A DNA stretch of 62,213 nt, the filler included, from Squatina squatina (Eukaryota), in assembly GCA_031763465.1 (NCBI GenBank). It is 3 parts of 3 records of this genome, joined end to end, with 100 filler letters (N's around TTAATTAATTAA, not from the genome) between each part and the next. Parts side by side here need not be neighbours in the genome. Positions count along the whole stretch, not along the records: positions 46,591 to 62,213 come from JARFOE010000001.1; 2 more parts are not named here. One strand, written 5' to 3'. Positions 49,875-61,880 of the stretch are shown here, piece after piece. The notes under the pieces are model-generated. The model saw only the letters and a list, made by a program, of their open reading frames with translations. It searched no databases and was not told where the DNA came from. Position 1 is the stretch's first letter. Each line of letters starts with the position of its first letter. The translations under genes were made by a program, and so were the position numbers.

Positions 49875-50145
49875 AAATTGTGCCAATTGCTGTGAAATTA
49901 AATTCAATAAATCTGGTAATTGGTGAGCTGACACCAGAAAAAAAAATGATCATGAAAGTCACTGATTCACTAATGTCCTTCAGGGGAGAGAACCTTGCCT
50001 TCCCTACCCAGCCTGGCCTACCCGTGTCCCACAATATGTGGTTGACTCTTAACACCTTCTAAAGGAGCCTAGCCAGCCACTCAGTTACCAGAGCAACTAG
50101 GAATGGGCAATAAATGCAGCATCATTACCATCCTGAGAACAAACC
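49875..50145 (+). mobile_element. Second SINE family, partial copy
   Basis: TTCACTAATGTCCTTCAGGGGAG...ATGTGGTTGACTCTTAA...CTAGGAATGGGCAATAAATG, shared with 61050-61355; the same tail occurs at 38987-39060. Confidence 0.7.
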
Positions 50146-53100
50146 AAATTTGTTAAAGTTTCACTCTTTCCACAAATTCCTGGTGAATTGAATAACTAGG
50201 GCAGTAGACAGGGCTTTAAACTAATGAAGGAGCGGGGTGGGAGGACTGAGGAAAGAGTAAATTTAAAAGCAGCAAGAGAAATGTCAAGCCTCTGGGTAAA
50301 AACAAGCAGAGTGGGTCANNNNNNNNNNNNNNNNNNNNNNNNNNNNNNNNNNNNNNNNNNNNNNNNNNNNNNNNNNNNNNNNNNNNNNNNNNNNNNNNNN
50401 NNNNNNNNNNNNNNNNNNCAGTTTTGCTGCAATTGTCTCCCGCTTGCCCTCCCAAGTTGCAGTTCTGTCTGTGTATGTATTTGCTAAATCTAGAAAACAC
50501 TGGCCCCTTTGTGCTCCGGTGCTGTCACTTGCCCGACTGTTACTTATCCCAGTGTCATCGGCCAGATAAAGTATTTTTTTGGATGGTACATCTCGGACAT
50601 CTTGGACTTCCTCGCAGAGATTCACATCATGTGCGCTTACTCTGAAAGCAGAGTCACATCCTTTCACTGCCTTCAGCTCATTCTCTCTCCGTTTGACTCG
50701 ACTGTAAGGGTTCATTCTGGGAACTTGCAGTATCACATGGTACTGTTGTGGCTGCTCTTAAATATTTCTTCTGATGTTTCTCTCTTGTTTTCTTCCAGAT
50801 CTTATTTTCCCCTTGTTTGACTGTTCTCTTCACTTTTTTCTCCTCTCTCAGCTTCAGTACTTTTTGCCATTCCTTTCACCCGATATTTCTTGGATTTTTG
50901 CTTTTTGTCTTCTTTTTCCCTCCCACTTTAACTGTGTAGCCATTCAACCTAAAGATTACAGTGGAACACTTTAAATGTACTTGTGAGATCACTGAGAGTT
51001 GATTACCTGCCGCCTTTAATACTTCAAAATTCACATTATAAAATTACATCTACTCAGGATTAATTTAACACTTACCAGGAAAACGGGCACTTTTATCTGT
51101 ATTCTTTACTGAACTCCAAGCATCTACAATGCAGGTTAGCTATATAGGCAGAATGCCCAGCACCAACACACTGTACAAATCTAAACTGTACCGATTCCTT
51201 GACTGCACAAGTACAAGTGTCTTGCCCCTTTAACAGCTGAAACAAAGTCAATGGTTTCTCTGTTAGCTTAAACCAAACAACAAAACCACATCTTTCCTTA
51301 AAAAGGGGCAGGTACCGGAACAGACTCAACTCACAGCAGCAAATCAGCATTTTCCACTTGTGTGTCAAGGCTCAAAACATTGTCACATTCAAAACTCAGC
51401 AGGCAACCGATTTACATTCACAGGAAAGTGAAATAGAACGGGGCAGAAAAAGTCACAACTGTTACTTTTGCATTACAGGAGTGAAAGAACTCTTGCGATG
51501 GACCTTTAACGCTGTTACATTCTCTTTATTCTGTTTTAAAATGACTTCTGCAGCATTTCACTGCAGTTATCACCTTTATGTTGCTGCCATTAATGAACTA
51601 ATTAATCACAGGCCCACTGAAACCCATAGGATAGACATAGGTTGGAGTCAGTTAGCATTAACACAGATATTGTCACAAGAGAATTACTTTTGTTGTATAA
51701 CAGAAAGAAGTAGAGATTGTGGATTGAGGACCAACCAGGTTAATTCTGATTTTTGCCGTAAAAGATTTTGCTGATGACAAGTTGTTGTTTTCATATCTTC
51801 ACATCATCCCTTGCCCCTTCCTTGGCCATAACCATCTTTCAATCAGCCAATAGGTTGGTTAGTACTATACAGTGGGAGGGTTTTACGGGCTCTCGCAATC
51901 CGTATGATGAGGAGGGGCCACCAACACCCACCAGACATGAGTATCCCGTTGGATATCAACCCAGAATTCAGAGCCAGTTTTGTGGAGCAGCCTTCAAAAC
52001 CTGCACCTTCTGTCTCAGAGGCAGAAATATTACTGCTAATCTAATGGCCCACTCCAGCGGTGATGCGAGNNNNNNNNNNNNNNNNNNNNNNNNNNNNNNN
52101 NNNNNNNNNNNNNNNNNNNNNNNNNNNNNNNNNNNNNNNNNNNNNNNNNNNNNNNNNNNNNNNNNNNNNAAATTCTCCCAGCTCCTGCTTAGCACATCAA
52201 ATAGAAAGGCCGAGACACGGGCCTGACATTTGGGAATTGTGCACATGCCTGTAATTTGACCATTCCATGATTCAGCAAGTAAGTGTACTAAAGTGTTGTA
52301 TAATCAGATAGGTTTGAATAGAAAAGGGGTTCAGTGGGTTGTGTCCTTTTAAATACAGCCCAGAATGAATTAGATGAAAGCCTCCTCTTTATAGAATGAT
52401 CTTGTATGATATAGACCTCTGCACTCTCACTCCAATTACTAGTTGGCTTGAGAATTCACAGCACAAACTGCTGAGCATTAAACAAAACCACATGTCTCAG
52501 AGGCCATCGGAGGGCTGGTATGGGAAATATACTGGTGTGGCAAGAAGTGCTGCATGGAGGTTGGGGCTAAGGCACAGAGCAGCACAAGAGGAGGGAGTCT
52601 CTCTCTATCTACCTATGCTACAATTGACCAGAATGTGCTTGACACAGATACTGGGAGGCAACAGCAGAAAACACGACCATTTCCCAACACGAGTATCTTT
52701 CATCTTGATGATCAAGACATCATAACTGCATATAGAAATTCCAGAATTATTTTATGGTAACATGTTGAATAAACTCCAGCATGTTTAGACAACATTATTC
52801 AGCTACCATATGCAGTATACCAATTGCCCAGCTATTAATTAAAACCAAAAATACAACTTACCATTTGTTCAGCATCAGCACCAGTCTTCTTCAAAATGCT
52901 GCATGCCCACACCAAGATGGACAGATCTAGTAAACGATCCAGTAACAAAGATTTGTCTGCCAAAAGGAATCTCATAGAATATACGTGCAGTCTTAGCTAG
53001 CCATCCAAAGTATTGAAGCAGCAGTGAAAATTGCATAAACTATTCTTTAGTCAGCAAGGCTATATTAAGTATTAAAATGTGTAAACTGGGAACAAGGAAA

Positions 53101-53239
53101 TCAGTACATGCTGACTATTTTTCTGGCAAAGTATCAGCCACTTTAATGCAACCGTAAGAATCAAACTAGTTTCACAAGACTACCATATTTATTAGTTTTT
53201 ACATACAGTATCAAATGCATTACAAACATACCAGCTTCA

Positions 53240-55780
53240 CTAGACCTCACAAATTACAAATACAGTAAAGCAGTTTTATTACATATATATATATATATAT
53301 ATATATAAATACATATTTCATCGCAACATACCACTTTTGAATTTGAAGACTTCAGGGGAAGAGATCACTTTCCATATAAAAATATTTTTTTAAGTTTAAT
53401 AAAATAATTTTGTTTCATGGATTGTCAGTGACTGTTAGAAATGAACATATGGTAAAGATCATTTTCAAAGAGGTATGTGATTTAATTTATGAACACTTTA
53501 TAGTACAAATATAACAGCAATATTATTTTAAATTTTGAACTCCAAGGTTTATTAGCACATATGCTCAGTTAGGGTCTGCAGAAGCACCATAAGTGGGAAA
53601 TGCTGTGTACACTTTGGCAGCTCGCATATCAGAAGCAGAAAGTACCCATTTCCCATAGGAGATTTTTGTTTTTCAACATTATTTTAAGGGCTTAACTTAA
53701 ACTGCATTATGCTTAAAACTAGGAGCAAGTTGTATATGTATTTGTGTATTTATGGGCCTAAACCCTTTAACATTCTATAACCATTAACCCCTACCTGACC
53801 ATCATTTCAAATAGCAATTACAGCATTCGTTTCTCCCCGAAAAATGATCTCTTCCTTAACAGGGGTTTGATGCTCAGCTACTGTGAGATGACATCTTATA
53901 GCAAAAAAACATATACAGTAGTCAAGGCTTGAAGGTACACTGCAAAGACCTGATCCTAGTATTTTTATTGGCAGGATCAGCTACTTGCACGTCTTACTCT
54001 TGTAGTTTTAAATTGCTCCCACAAGTCATACAGGCAAAACAAATCAGTATCAAGCCGTAACGGTTTGTCTCTGACATATCATGCTATCACACATCAAATA
54101 AAAAGGCAGTTTGTGTGTGCTTCAACACAGCATTTTTCTGAACATGAAACAAAAGGCCTAAAAATTCTCAAATACAACAGCAAATTTTGCCAAAAAGCAC
54201 ACTTGCACTTTTCTGAATAGAAAGATTGGTGGAAACAAAATACAAATTAAATGTAATAAAAAGTGTTACTGTGCTCCAAGTTACCTTTGTGTTACTCAGG
54301 AACCCCACATAAAAATAATAGTTTTAACAACGTGTGTGAACAGGACAAGATATACACATATGTATGAATACATTAAGACATTACTGACAGCTCCACTTTC
54401 TAAGCTAAAAGTTGTACATTACGGATTGAGAATAATAGGACAGTAAGAGAGGTTCGGGAGAAGATACAGCTAATCCTAAATAGACAGAAGATGATTCAAA
54501 GCTTATGTTTTATATAATTCATTTTACATAATTAACAAGGCTTTTTAAAAAAAGTTAAAAAGAGAATGCTAACCTGAGAAATAAACTTTTACTTTTGAAT
54601 AGATGAATAAGCACATAACATTTAAGCCAAGTCTTTTAAGAGTTTGCCAAAGCAAAATTTTAAAATATTGAGGGAATAATAAAATGCTTGGGTCTTTTTG
54701 TGACTAACTCATGCTGTTATCGCATACTGTGCAGATATTCATGCAGAAATATAAACTCATTTGCACAGTGACCAGCAAGAGCTTTCTTAAGTGTACAAAC
54801 CTTACACAAAGCGTAGGTTGATACACAATTAGTGCAATTTAACAAGTGTATAAGATTTGAAATGCAATGCTTCTTGTTGAGTATAAGGGGAGTAATGAGG
54901 GGATTATACTTTNNNNNNNNNNNNNNNNNNNNNNNNNNNNNNNNNNNNNNNNNNNNNNNNNNNNNNNNNNNNNNNNNNNNNNNNNNNNNNNNNNNNNNNN
55001 NNNNNNNNNNNNAAATTGATTAAAGTGCATCAGACAAGCTAAAGTGAGCTATCTAGGAAATTATTGCCTGCTTTTGAACCCCATTTTTTTTTCCCAATGG
55101 GGGGAAAAGGCGTGCACTGGTTGTGGTACACATTGTAGAGTCAGTACTGAATACTCCAGGAAGTACTGTTCAAAATTTGGTGAACTAAAAATCACAAATA
55201 TACAGTACATGCAAAACGTACATAACATTTTGTGCTGATCTGAATTTTTAGATGTCTTGAATTTTAAATTGCCATATCATATGACAACTACATAGACTTT
55301 GATAGCTTAAAAGCTGTAAAGAAACTTTGATTCTTTCAAGAAAAGAATGGGCACATGACTCATACGTCATGAATCAAGTGAAATAAGTTGCTACAACTTT
55401 ACTTACAGCAGGCAGGCTGTAACTGTTCACGTAGAGAATAGGTGCGTATTGTTTTCCGTTGACGGTTTTACAACTCGAGATGCCAGTCTTATTTCTGTTG
55501 GTAGGTTTGTACTGAAAAAGATAAAGCAACTGCATTTTTATATTAAAAATGCTTCTTGTTTGTATAATTAAAAAGGTACATGAAAGTTTGGCTGGAGGGT
55601 TTTTTAAAATGCAATGTTAACCACAGAAAACTAACTCGAAGGAGGCTAAACCGAGCACACAAACCCATCCCCACCAATTTGCTTCTCCAAGGGATAGAAT
55701 AAAATAAAATGGGATCAGATAATTTTTTGTATTTTACATGTAATCAGTGGCTGCGGTCTTGTGTGGGGGAGGAAGAGAGA
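53240..55780 (-). other. Probable long 3' UTR of a minus-strand gene (PURG by synteny)
   Basis: AT-rich with no recognisable interspersed repeats; minus-strand AATAAA at 53275-53280 followed by a GU/U-rich element; lies between TEX15-like and WRN exons. No coding sequence seen. Confidence 0.35.
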
Positions 55781-55970
55781 TNNNNNNNNNNNNNNNNNNN
55801 NNNNNNNNNNNNNNNNNNNNNNNNNNNNNNNNNNNNNNNNNNNNNNNNNNNNNNNNNNNNNNNNNNNNNNNNNNNNNNNNNTGGATTTTATTTTCAGATT
55901 TTTAATATTTAAAGATTGTAAATGCCAGTCACTCTTTTTGGAATAAAGTGTAATTTCCTTCTTGTTTCAG

Positions 55971-56116
55971 GTCTTCTATTCCAAAGGAATCAGCCATTGG
56001 GTTTGACATCGAGTGGCCTCCGACATACATGAAAGGAAAGGTGGGAAAAGTAGCACTTATCCAGCTATGTACCTCAGAGAACAAGTGCTACCTGTTCCAT
56101 ATCTCTTCCATGTCAG
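55971..56116 (+). CDS. WRN: Werner syndrome RecQ helicase, exonuclease-domain exon (human exon 4 equivalent)
   Basis: 146 bp, AG/GT; [42 protein letters not shown] with the ExoI DxE motif. Not in the ORF track. Confidence 0.95.
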
Positions 56117-56580
56117 GTTAGAGCTTGATGTATTTTTATCTCTCCAATTTTCTCCCTTTCTCTCCTGAAGGCAGGTGGATGGGTACTGGCAGCTCTTTGA
56201 TATCTCTCAGAAGTAACTGCTCTTCATGTATAAATTAGGCAATGAGTCTCAGCAGGCTGTTTGATGGCTGAACCCAATCCTATCTTCATATGACATGCAC
56301 ACACTTGCGTGTTCCAGCACGGCTCGCTGGAGGGAGGAGGTCCATAAGAAAGTCCAGTGTAAGGAAAGGTCTTTTGGCCCATCAAATCTAATACATCCAG
56401 AATCAATATACAGTCCCTACCACTTATACATTCTGACATGACTATTCCAGTATTCCCTGGCTAGCCTCCAATTATCCGCCNNNNNNNNNNNNNNNNNNNN
56501 NNNNNNNNNNNNNNNNNNNNNNNNNNNNNNNNNNNNNNNNNNNNNNNNNNNNNNNNNNNNNNNNNNNNNNNNNNNNNNNN

Positions 56581-56730
56581 CGTAGGTTGCAAAAGGACAG
56601 CATGTTGATGAGAAAGAGAAGGGGGGCTATGTTAGGATCTTTGGGGGGGACTCTGAACGTGAGGATGGAAGACTGAATAGAGAAACCATGTCCAGAATGG
56701 GAGCTGTTACTCCTTTTTAAAGGGCGTGCT
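56581..56730 (-). mobile_element. L2-clade RT fragment
   Basis: VPPKDPNIAPLLFLINM, a degenerate GVPQGSILGPLLFLIYM. Confidence 0.6.
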
Positions 56731-56904
56731 AATAGTTTAAGCCAACAGAGGCAACGCTGTAGTATAATGGAGGCATTAGCTGCACCAGTTGTCAGCATTT
56801 GTCATCCACAGTCATTGCTTCTGCTTGACCATGTAGCTAATTAAATAAACTGTATTAATGCAACAAAATGGCTCACTATCCCCGTATCTGATGTTCTCTT
56901 GTAG

Positions 56905-56973
56905 CATGTCCAACGTAGCAGCTTGTTTCCTTGGCTCTTCGCAGTCGAAAAATCTTTCCCATGAACTGACAAA
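56905..56973 (+). CDS. WRN: WRN helicase-domain exon (exon 16 equivalent)
   Basis: 69 bp, TAG| and |GTAAGT; MSNVAACFLGSSQSKNLSHELT versus recalled human [22 protein letters not shown]. Confidence 0.9.
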
Positions 56974-57243
56974 GTAAGTATGCTGCCAGTGAATTCTTGT
57001 CTGCTCTCCTTGTGAAGTTAAGCTGAAGAGAAAACAACACCAGCTAGTTTTTCTTTAATCTTTGGATGATATGTAGAGTTTGAAACAAAATTTAAAACCC
57101 TCTGTTGTTCTCCTTTTGATTTTGGAAAAATTAGGTTTTGTGCNNNNNNNNNNNNNNNNNNNNNNNNNNNNNNNNNNNNNNNNNNNNNNNNNNNNNNNNN
57201 NNNNNNNNNNNNNNNNNNNNNNNNNNNNNNNNNNNNNNNNNNN

Positions 57244-58551
57244 GTTCAATACGTTGGCCACTAGCCACATGCGAATTGCATTTGATTAGTAAATTTGAAA
57301 ATGAGCAATAGACACTGCAGTTGAGCATGTTATCTCAATACTCCTCAATACATGGTGTATCCATGGGCACTTTCACCTTTTTGCACGTTTGTTGATAAAA
57401 TGGTAAGATGAATGTGCAAGTGTTTTTGAATCATTGTATGTGCTTTACGTCCTTGATTACTGCTTATTGGCTGCCTGTTAAAATGGTGTATAGCATGGGT
57501 GAAAACATTGGACTTCAACACCTTGGAAACACTCATAACATTGTATGAAGAGGGGAGCAGTCACCATGGTCAGCTTGACCAATCAGAATAACAGCTCCAG
57601 GCCAGCAGAAGAAAGGTAGCCCAACCAACAATGAACAGCCCCAACAGAGCACGTCATAGCAAAAAGCAAGGAACATCCCACCATGTTCCAGATGGAGAGC
57701 ATCCAGTCTAGAGCATCTCGTAAAAGAAAAATGAATAAAAGATTGAATAAATTTTTTAATGTTTAGACTTGTCACAAGAAATTGGGGGAACAGCAACAGT
57801 TTCTGGGAATAGTTCTTTTGAAGAGCTGACTGATGTGCCAGTGGAGCCTCCAGTCAAAAAGAATTTAGATTGGACAAAAATTTCTCAATCAATGGGAAAT
57901 TCAGTTTGCTGTTGCAGAAAGTGACAGGAACCTGCTTTGCCTTTTGTGCACAAAGTTGTTTGCCAAGAATAAGGTGGATAATTTAAAGAAACATTTCAAA
58001 CATGTGCATTCTGAATCTGACAGAACATCTCCAATGGTTTGTAAAATAAGAACTCTCCAGACTGAAGTCAACTCTCAATCAGCAGAAAATGGTTCGCTCG
58101 ACTCTGGAACTTATAATTTTGGCCAGTTACAAAGCATCTTGGATTCTGGCGCTAAAAAAAATATATATTTTCTGATGGAAAAGTGGCTGAAAGTGATTTC
58201 AGTGATAGTCATGGATACTTTAATGAAGGATTATGAACTGAAAATCAGGATAGATATTCTGCAGAAAATTCGAGAGCTGTAGTTGAGTCAGCAGACGGTT
58301 TGCCACTGTTTGCTGGATCTATCTGGCAGCATTGAATCTCAGCTTAATGTTGAGCTGAAAGATTTTCTTGCATTTTCACTTACACTGAATGAATTCCAAA
58401 CTTTAGTTAAAGAGAAAGACTGCAAGATTTCGCATTGAATGGCAGTAGAAGTTTTTTTTATGAAAAATACACACATGAAGTACATTTATCTGCATTGAGT
58501 GGGTGCGTGTAAGGTGTGAGGCTAGTCAGCGATTTCTATTCGACACTTCTG
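57244..58551 (+). mobile_element. Internally deleted hAT-Charlie/GTF2IRD2-like DNA transposon with decayed transposase, in a WRN intron
   Basis: 57880-58395 encodes, with frameshifts, a BED-finger-like LLCLLC...NLKKHFKHVH, then FSDG and LSQQTV...FSLTLNE. Ends CAATACGTTGGCCACTAGCCACAT and GGCTAGT...TATTCGACACTTCTG resemble MER33/Charlie termini. Confidence 0.7.
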
Positions 58552-59482
58552 GACCAGCAAAACACCAATAAATGTTTCTGCCAACAATGAGGCTACAAAT
58601 GTTCTTTGATCCCTGTTGTTTAGACCTAGGTCATCCAGTTTGGCTTTTGTATATACAATACGCAAGGTTATTATATTGGTGCTAGAAATTAGCTATTCTG
58701 TTAATATTTAATGGATTACATTGTGAAGATTATTTTAAAAGCATCAATGCTTTTAGCTAAAATCCACTAGAATTTGTATAATCATTAAGCATTTTCATTA
58801 CTTACGCAGAGTTTTATACTTTCTGTATTGATGTCTAACATTAAATCACTAGAGTATTACAATAAAATGGAGTTTAGTCTTTCACAATGATATCAATCAT
58901 GTTGTTCTAGACTGTCCTATTATCCCATTCATGTTCATTGTACTTTATTATGTGTCTTGATTTTGTGCATTACTGTGGTCTTTTTAAAGCTAACACGAAA
59001 ATAAGGGCACTAGAAACAGTAGTGAATGAATGTTTTAAAATACTACTGCCTTGATTTTTAAGTAAAATGCTCCAATTAGAAAGCCTCATGGAAGCTAGGA
59101 GTAATGTCTCCCTTCACATGTCCCTTGAAAAACTAAAGGATTTTTTTTTCCCTTATGGCATGGATTTGTGTCCTGAAGCAGCCAGTGGCATTAATTCAAC
59201 AGAAGTTTGCAGTGTTTTAATGTCTTGGGCAATCAGAGTGGAACAGTTTGCTGTGTGCATTCTGTCTCACTCACATACCGATGGATATATACATGAACAC
59301 CCTGGATTCACGCGAGCGCGTTCACACGTTCACACTAATTCTTGAAAACTAAAGTCATGGTAATTGTTCCGTTATTAATGATAGACTTGATTACTGGAAG
59401 CCCAGACAGTCAGCTTTATCCTATAAATCCTTTAAAGTTGAGGGAGTTTTAAAATAACTTTATATTCTGTTTTAATCTTTAG

Positions 59483-59565
59483 GGGTCATTTCAAAGTTGT
59501 TTACATGACTCCTGAATTCTGTTCAGGATCTATTTCGTTACTCAAGAAACTTGATGACAGCGTTG
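59483..59565 (+). CDS. WRN: WRN helicase exon (exon 17 equivalent)
   Basis: 83 bp, AG/GT; GHFKVVYMTPEFCSGSISLLKKLDDSV (RecQ motif Ib, YxTPE). Confidence 0.93.
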
Positions 59566-60336
59566 GTACGTGAGTTTTCAAAATGCTCAGCAAAAACAGA
59601 AAAATCAACTTTTTGAGATCTGCTGGTTGTTTCATTGCATGCAGTGTAGTTTGGAAACTTGAATCATATTTGGTAGAGATATGTTATGACTCCATTTCAA
59701 ATGTTCTCATTGCTGAATGTTGTCATGAGTGACCCATGCCTCTCCCCACATCAAGAATGGATTAAAGCTAAAATTTTGATTTTTTCTCCCAGGCTCGAAC
59801 AAAATATAAAGCTGACTGAAACATTATCAATTCATTGCTGAGTTCTGACTATGAAGAGTATTGGATTGTAAAATCATGGANNNNNNNNNNNNNNNNNNNN
59901 NNNNNNNNNNNNNNNNNNNNNNNNNNNNNNNNNNNNNNNNNNNNNNNNNNNNNNNNNNNNNNNNNNNNNNNNNNNNNNNNACAGAACACTCGGACATCAG
60001 GTCACATGCAAAGTTTCCCATGTGATGAATTCTGATCTTCAACAGTATTACCATAGAGATTCATTGAGCAGCTCTCTCATGGAGATGGAAAGAGAGTTAA
60101 ATAAAGAACCGGCCTTCCCAACTCAATTTTGTGAACTTTTTGTTTTCTTTCAAATGAGTGGAATTGCATTTTCCCACCTGTCCTCTCATCCAGGGGCGGC
60201 ACATGGTGTGGGAACACCAGAGTCTTTTTGATCAGTAACTAATTTGCAGAGTTGCCCTGTGGTGAAAGTTATTAATTAAATATTGCACAAGTGCAAGCAG
60301 TTCAATATGTTTGTTATCTTTTTGATTTACTGCCAG

Positions 60337-60443
60337 GTATCACCCTTGTTGCTGTGGATGAGGCTCACTGTATCTCCGAGTGGGGGCATGATTTCAGAAA
60401 TTCATACAGAAAGCTCGGAGCTTTAAAAAGTTTTCTGCCACAG
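60337..60443 (+). CDS. WRN: WRN helicase exon (exon 18 equivalent, DEAH motif II)
   Basis: 107 bp; [35 protein letters not shown]. Confidence 0.97.
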
Positions 60444-61049
60444 GTGAACTGATAAGTGTCATTGCCCAAAAAAAGTTTTCAAAGNNNNNNNNNNNNNNNN
60501 NNNNNNNNNNNNNNNNNNNNNNNNNNNNNNNNNNNNNNNNNNNNNNNNNNNNNNNNNNNNNNNNNNNNNNNNNNNNNNNNNNNNNNNNNNNNNNNNNNNN
60601 NNNNNNNNNNNNNNNNNNNNNNNNNNNNNNNNNNNNNNNNNNNNNNNNNNNNNNNNNNNNNNNNNNNNNNNNNNNNNNNNNNNNNNNNNNNNNNNNNNNN
60701 NNNNNNNNNNNNNNNNNNNNNNNNNNNNNNNNNNNNNNNNNNNNNNNNNNNNNNNNNNNNNNNNNNNNNNNNNNNNNNNNNNNNNNNNNNNNNNNNNNNN
60801 NNNNNNNNNNNNNNNNNNNNNNNNNNNNNNNNNNNNNNNNNNNNNNNNNNNNNNNNNNNNNNNNNNNNNNNNNNNNNNNNNNNNNNNNNNNNNNNNNNNN
60901 NNNNNNNNNNNNNNNNNNNNNNNNNNNNNNNNNNNNNNNNNNNNNNNNNNNNNNNNNNATACTTTCTTCATTTCAGTTTTTAAAAAAAAAATCATTGTAC
61001 ACTCTACAATTGGACTTTTGAGTTTGTTATTATAATTATTGGATACACG

Positions 61050-61355
61050 AGGCTCATGGTCATGGTACTGTACCAGCAGCCAAGCAATTGAGTTCAAATC
61101 CTACCATTGCAAGTTGCAATACTGTGGGCTAGCAGCATTAAAAAATGACCAAGAAAGCTGTTAGATTATCAGCAAAATACAACTCATTCACTGATGTCCT
61201 TCAGGGGAGGGACCTGTCACCCCGACCTCTCTGCCCTACATGTGACTCCAGCCCCACACTATGTGGTTGCCTCTTAATGCACGCAGGGCCACTAGGAACG
61301 AACAATAAATACTGCCTTGACTGTGTCACCCACATCGTAAGAATGAAAAATAAGT
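61050..61355 (+). mobile_element. Second SINE family copy (tRNA-like head)
   Basis: B-box-like GAGTTCAAATCC near 61090; core shared with 49875-50145; tail CAATAAAT...CCCACATC...GAATGAAAAA. Confidence 0.7.
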
Positions 61356-61411
61356 GTTAGTGTTTAAATGGGACTGTTTTACTTTGTTAACATGACCATT
61401 TATGGTAGTAG

Positions 61412-61599
61412 ATTCCAGTTGTTGCCTTGACTGCCACTGCCAGCCCTTCAATCAGATGTGACATTATAGAGAGTCTGAAGCTGAAGGATCCTCGGGTTGT
61501 CTGCACTACTTTTGATCGACCAAACTTGTATTTGGAAGTTGGCTGTAAATCTACAGAAATTCAACGAGATTTAACGCCATTCTTAATTAAAAGGGACAA
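61412..61599 (+). CDS. WRN: WRN helicase exon (exon 19 equivalent, motif III)
   Basis: 188 bp; [43 protein letters not shown]...; donor GTACGT at 61600. Confidence 0.95.
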
Positions 61600-61705
61600 G
61601 TACGTATTGACTTAAGTGGTCTGATTTGTAATACACACACTCTATTCATCTAGCATAATACGGTTTGTAACTTCCTGAACAAATACATTTTGTCTTGAAT
61701 GGCAG

Positions 61706-61880
61706 GTTCATCTTTGAGTTTGAAGGTCCCACGATAGTTTACTGCCCCTCCAGGAAAGCCACAGAACTGGTGGCTGCAGAGTTGTCACGGATGAATGTTG
61801 TTTGCGGCGCATACCATGCAGGCATGGGCATCAAAGCCAGGAGAAACGTGCATCACAAGTTCATGAGGGATGAAATTCAG
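61706..61880 (+). CDS. WRN: WRN helicase exon (exon 20 equivalent, motif IV)
   Basis: 175 bp; [18 protein letters not shown]...[23 protein letters not shown]; phase 2 join with the previous exon across a 106-bp intron. Confidence 0.96.

Noticed and set aside
50555-50580. YLADDT as a reverse transcriptase YADD motif
   Set aside because: The spacing is wrong and no other RT motifs flank it.
670-61880. Novel RPRD2-DPYD-TEX15-WRN gene cluster
   Set aside because: Synthetic linkers separate the blocks and each gene is fragmentary, so adjacency across the linkers is unsupported.
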